A stretch of 64,000 nt of DNA, taken from positions 96,001-160,000 of IMG/VR virus record IMGVR_UViG_3300032298_001038; one strand, written 5' to 3'. This document shows, piece after piece, positions 63,343 to 64,000 of the stretch. The stretch comes from a virus. Below the pieces are notes generated by a model. It was not told the DNA's origin. It ran no database searches and saw only the letters and a list, made by a program, of their open reading frames with translations. Both the position numbers and the translations under genes were made by a program. How positions within the stretch are numbered: the first letter of the stretch is position 1; every line of letters starts with the position of its first letter.

Positions 63343-63999
63343 CTATTCGGTTTCTACGTGCGCGCCAATCCAGACGTCTCCGCCGGGTTGCAATTCGTCG
63401 GCGATATCAAGTGTGTTTTTCAGGATTTGAATGTCTTCAAGCACGGCGTTCACGAATGCGCGGACTTCCTCGCGAGAACGGAGAAACACGTCAACGTAAT
63501 TCGTGCGGAGCCATGCGGGGCGGCTGTTCGGCGTGGCTTCGTCTTCTGGGTACTCTTCGAGATCAACGGACGAGCACACGTGGTCAAACGTGGCGACTTG
63601 TTCGTCTGCACCCGGAGCGACAGGCAGCATCTGATACGCGAAAATCTTAGTCGGCATCAGCGTGGCTTCAGGGGCTTCGATGCGCACCCGGATGCCGTCA
63701 ATGTCGTTTATGAAGTACCGACTGGTCGACCATTGAATGTGAATGTTGCGCTCGGACACGATAGCCATCGTCGGCTTGGGGTCAATGTCGCGGTCATAGA
63801 AATTGAGCGTGAGCGTGTCTTCAAGCCATACGGCGCCGGCGGAAGATTGTGCAAGTTCCGCGAGCGCTTCTGGTGTGGTCATGTTGACGTTGAGTGGCGA
63901 GTTGAGAATTCGCACGCGCAACGTAACCGGGCCAGTCGTTGTCGATTTGATATAGCCGACTGACAAGCCTTCGTTGTTTGTCAGGCTAGGTTGTACAAT
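63343..63999 (-). CDS. Hypothetical protein, N-terminus off the right edge
   Basis: Frame stays open from 63966 to the window edge. Confidence 0.7.
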   Translation of the reverse strand: MVQPSLTNNEGLSVGYIKSTTTGPVTLRVRILNSPLNVNMTTPEALAELAQSSAGAVWLEDTLTLNFYDRDIDPKPTMAIVSERNIHIQWSTSRYFINDIDGIRVRIEAPEATLMPTKIFAYQMLPVAPGADEQVATFDHVCSSVDLEEYPEDEATPNSRPAWLRTNYVDVFLRSREEVRAFVNAVLEDIQILKNTLDIADELQPGGDVWIGAHVETE

Positions 64000-64000
64000 C

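Noticed and set aside
63358-63963. 201-aa plus-strand ORF
   Set aside because: Antisense shadow of 63343-63999
1-64000. Stop-codon reassignment
   Set aside because: Long conserved genes are uninterrupted in code 11, all three stops are used as terminators, and there is no suppressor tRNA
1-64000. Diversity-generating retroelement, retron or prophage integration module
   Set aside because: No reverse transcriptase motif, TR/VR pair or integrase recognised

Overview
A 64 kb segment of a large, gene-dense dsDNA tailed phage in the standard genetic code. I found no integrase, rRNA, CRISPR array, reverse transcriptase or intein. Several accessory families suggest a Planctomycetota host (inference from families recognised by eye). 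About 95% of genes are on the minus strand, often joined by ATGA or stop-N-ATG coupling. Layout: (i) 1-26 kb is a replication/recombination region with a RuvC-like resolvase, RecA, ParB-like protein, probable SSB, UDG-PolA fusion, primase, DnaB-like helicase, SF2 helicase and SbcCD; (ii) 26-51 kb is accessory, with MazG, a DEDDh exonuclease, tRNA-Gln, a Ycf46-like AAA/DUF1257/DUF2997 module, DUF5664 and a 265-bp array of palindromic hairpins; (iii) 51-64 kb carries the terminase large subunit, a pyrimidine-dimer glycosylase, tRNA-Thr, an initiator-like tRNA-Met, CsrA and an 882-aa degenerate primase-like protein. The best candidate for an undescribed system is a solo Cas7/RAMP-like gene (20947-21444), coupled to an apparently catalytically dead IS110/Nop-fold gene upstream and an SF2 helicase downstream, inside the replication operon and with no CRISPR array in the window. 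Other notable signals: the hairpin array; two similar structured intergenic elements; several apparently inactivated enzyme folds (HUH Rep, deoxyhypusine-synthase-like, UDG, primase-helicase); and plus-strand genes whose start/stop codons overlap or abut those of their antisense neighbours (CATG, CATATG, TTAA). All family calls come from motif recognition by eye; no searches were run.
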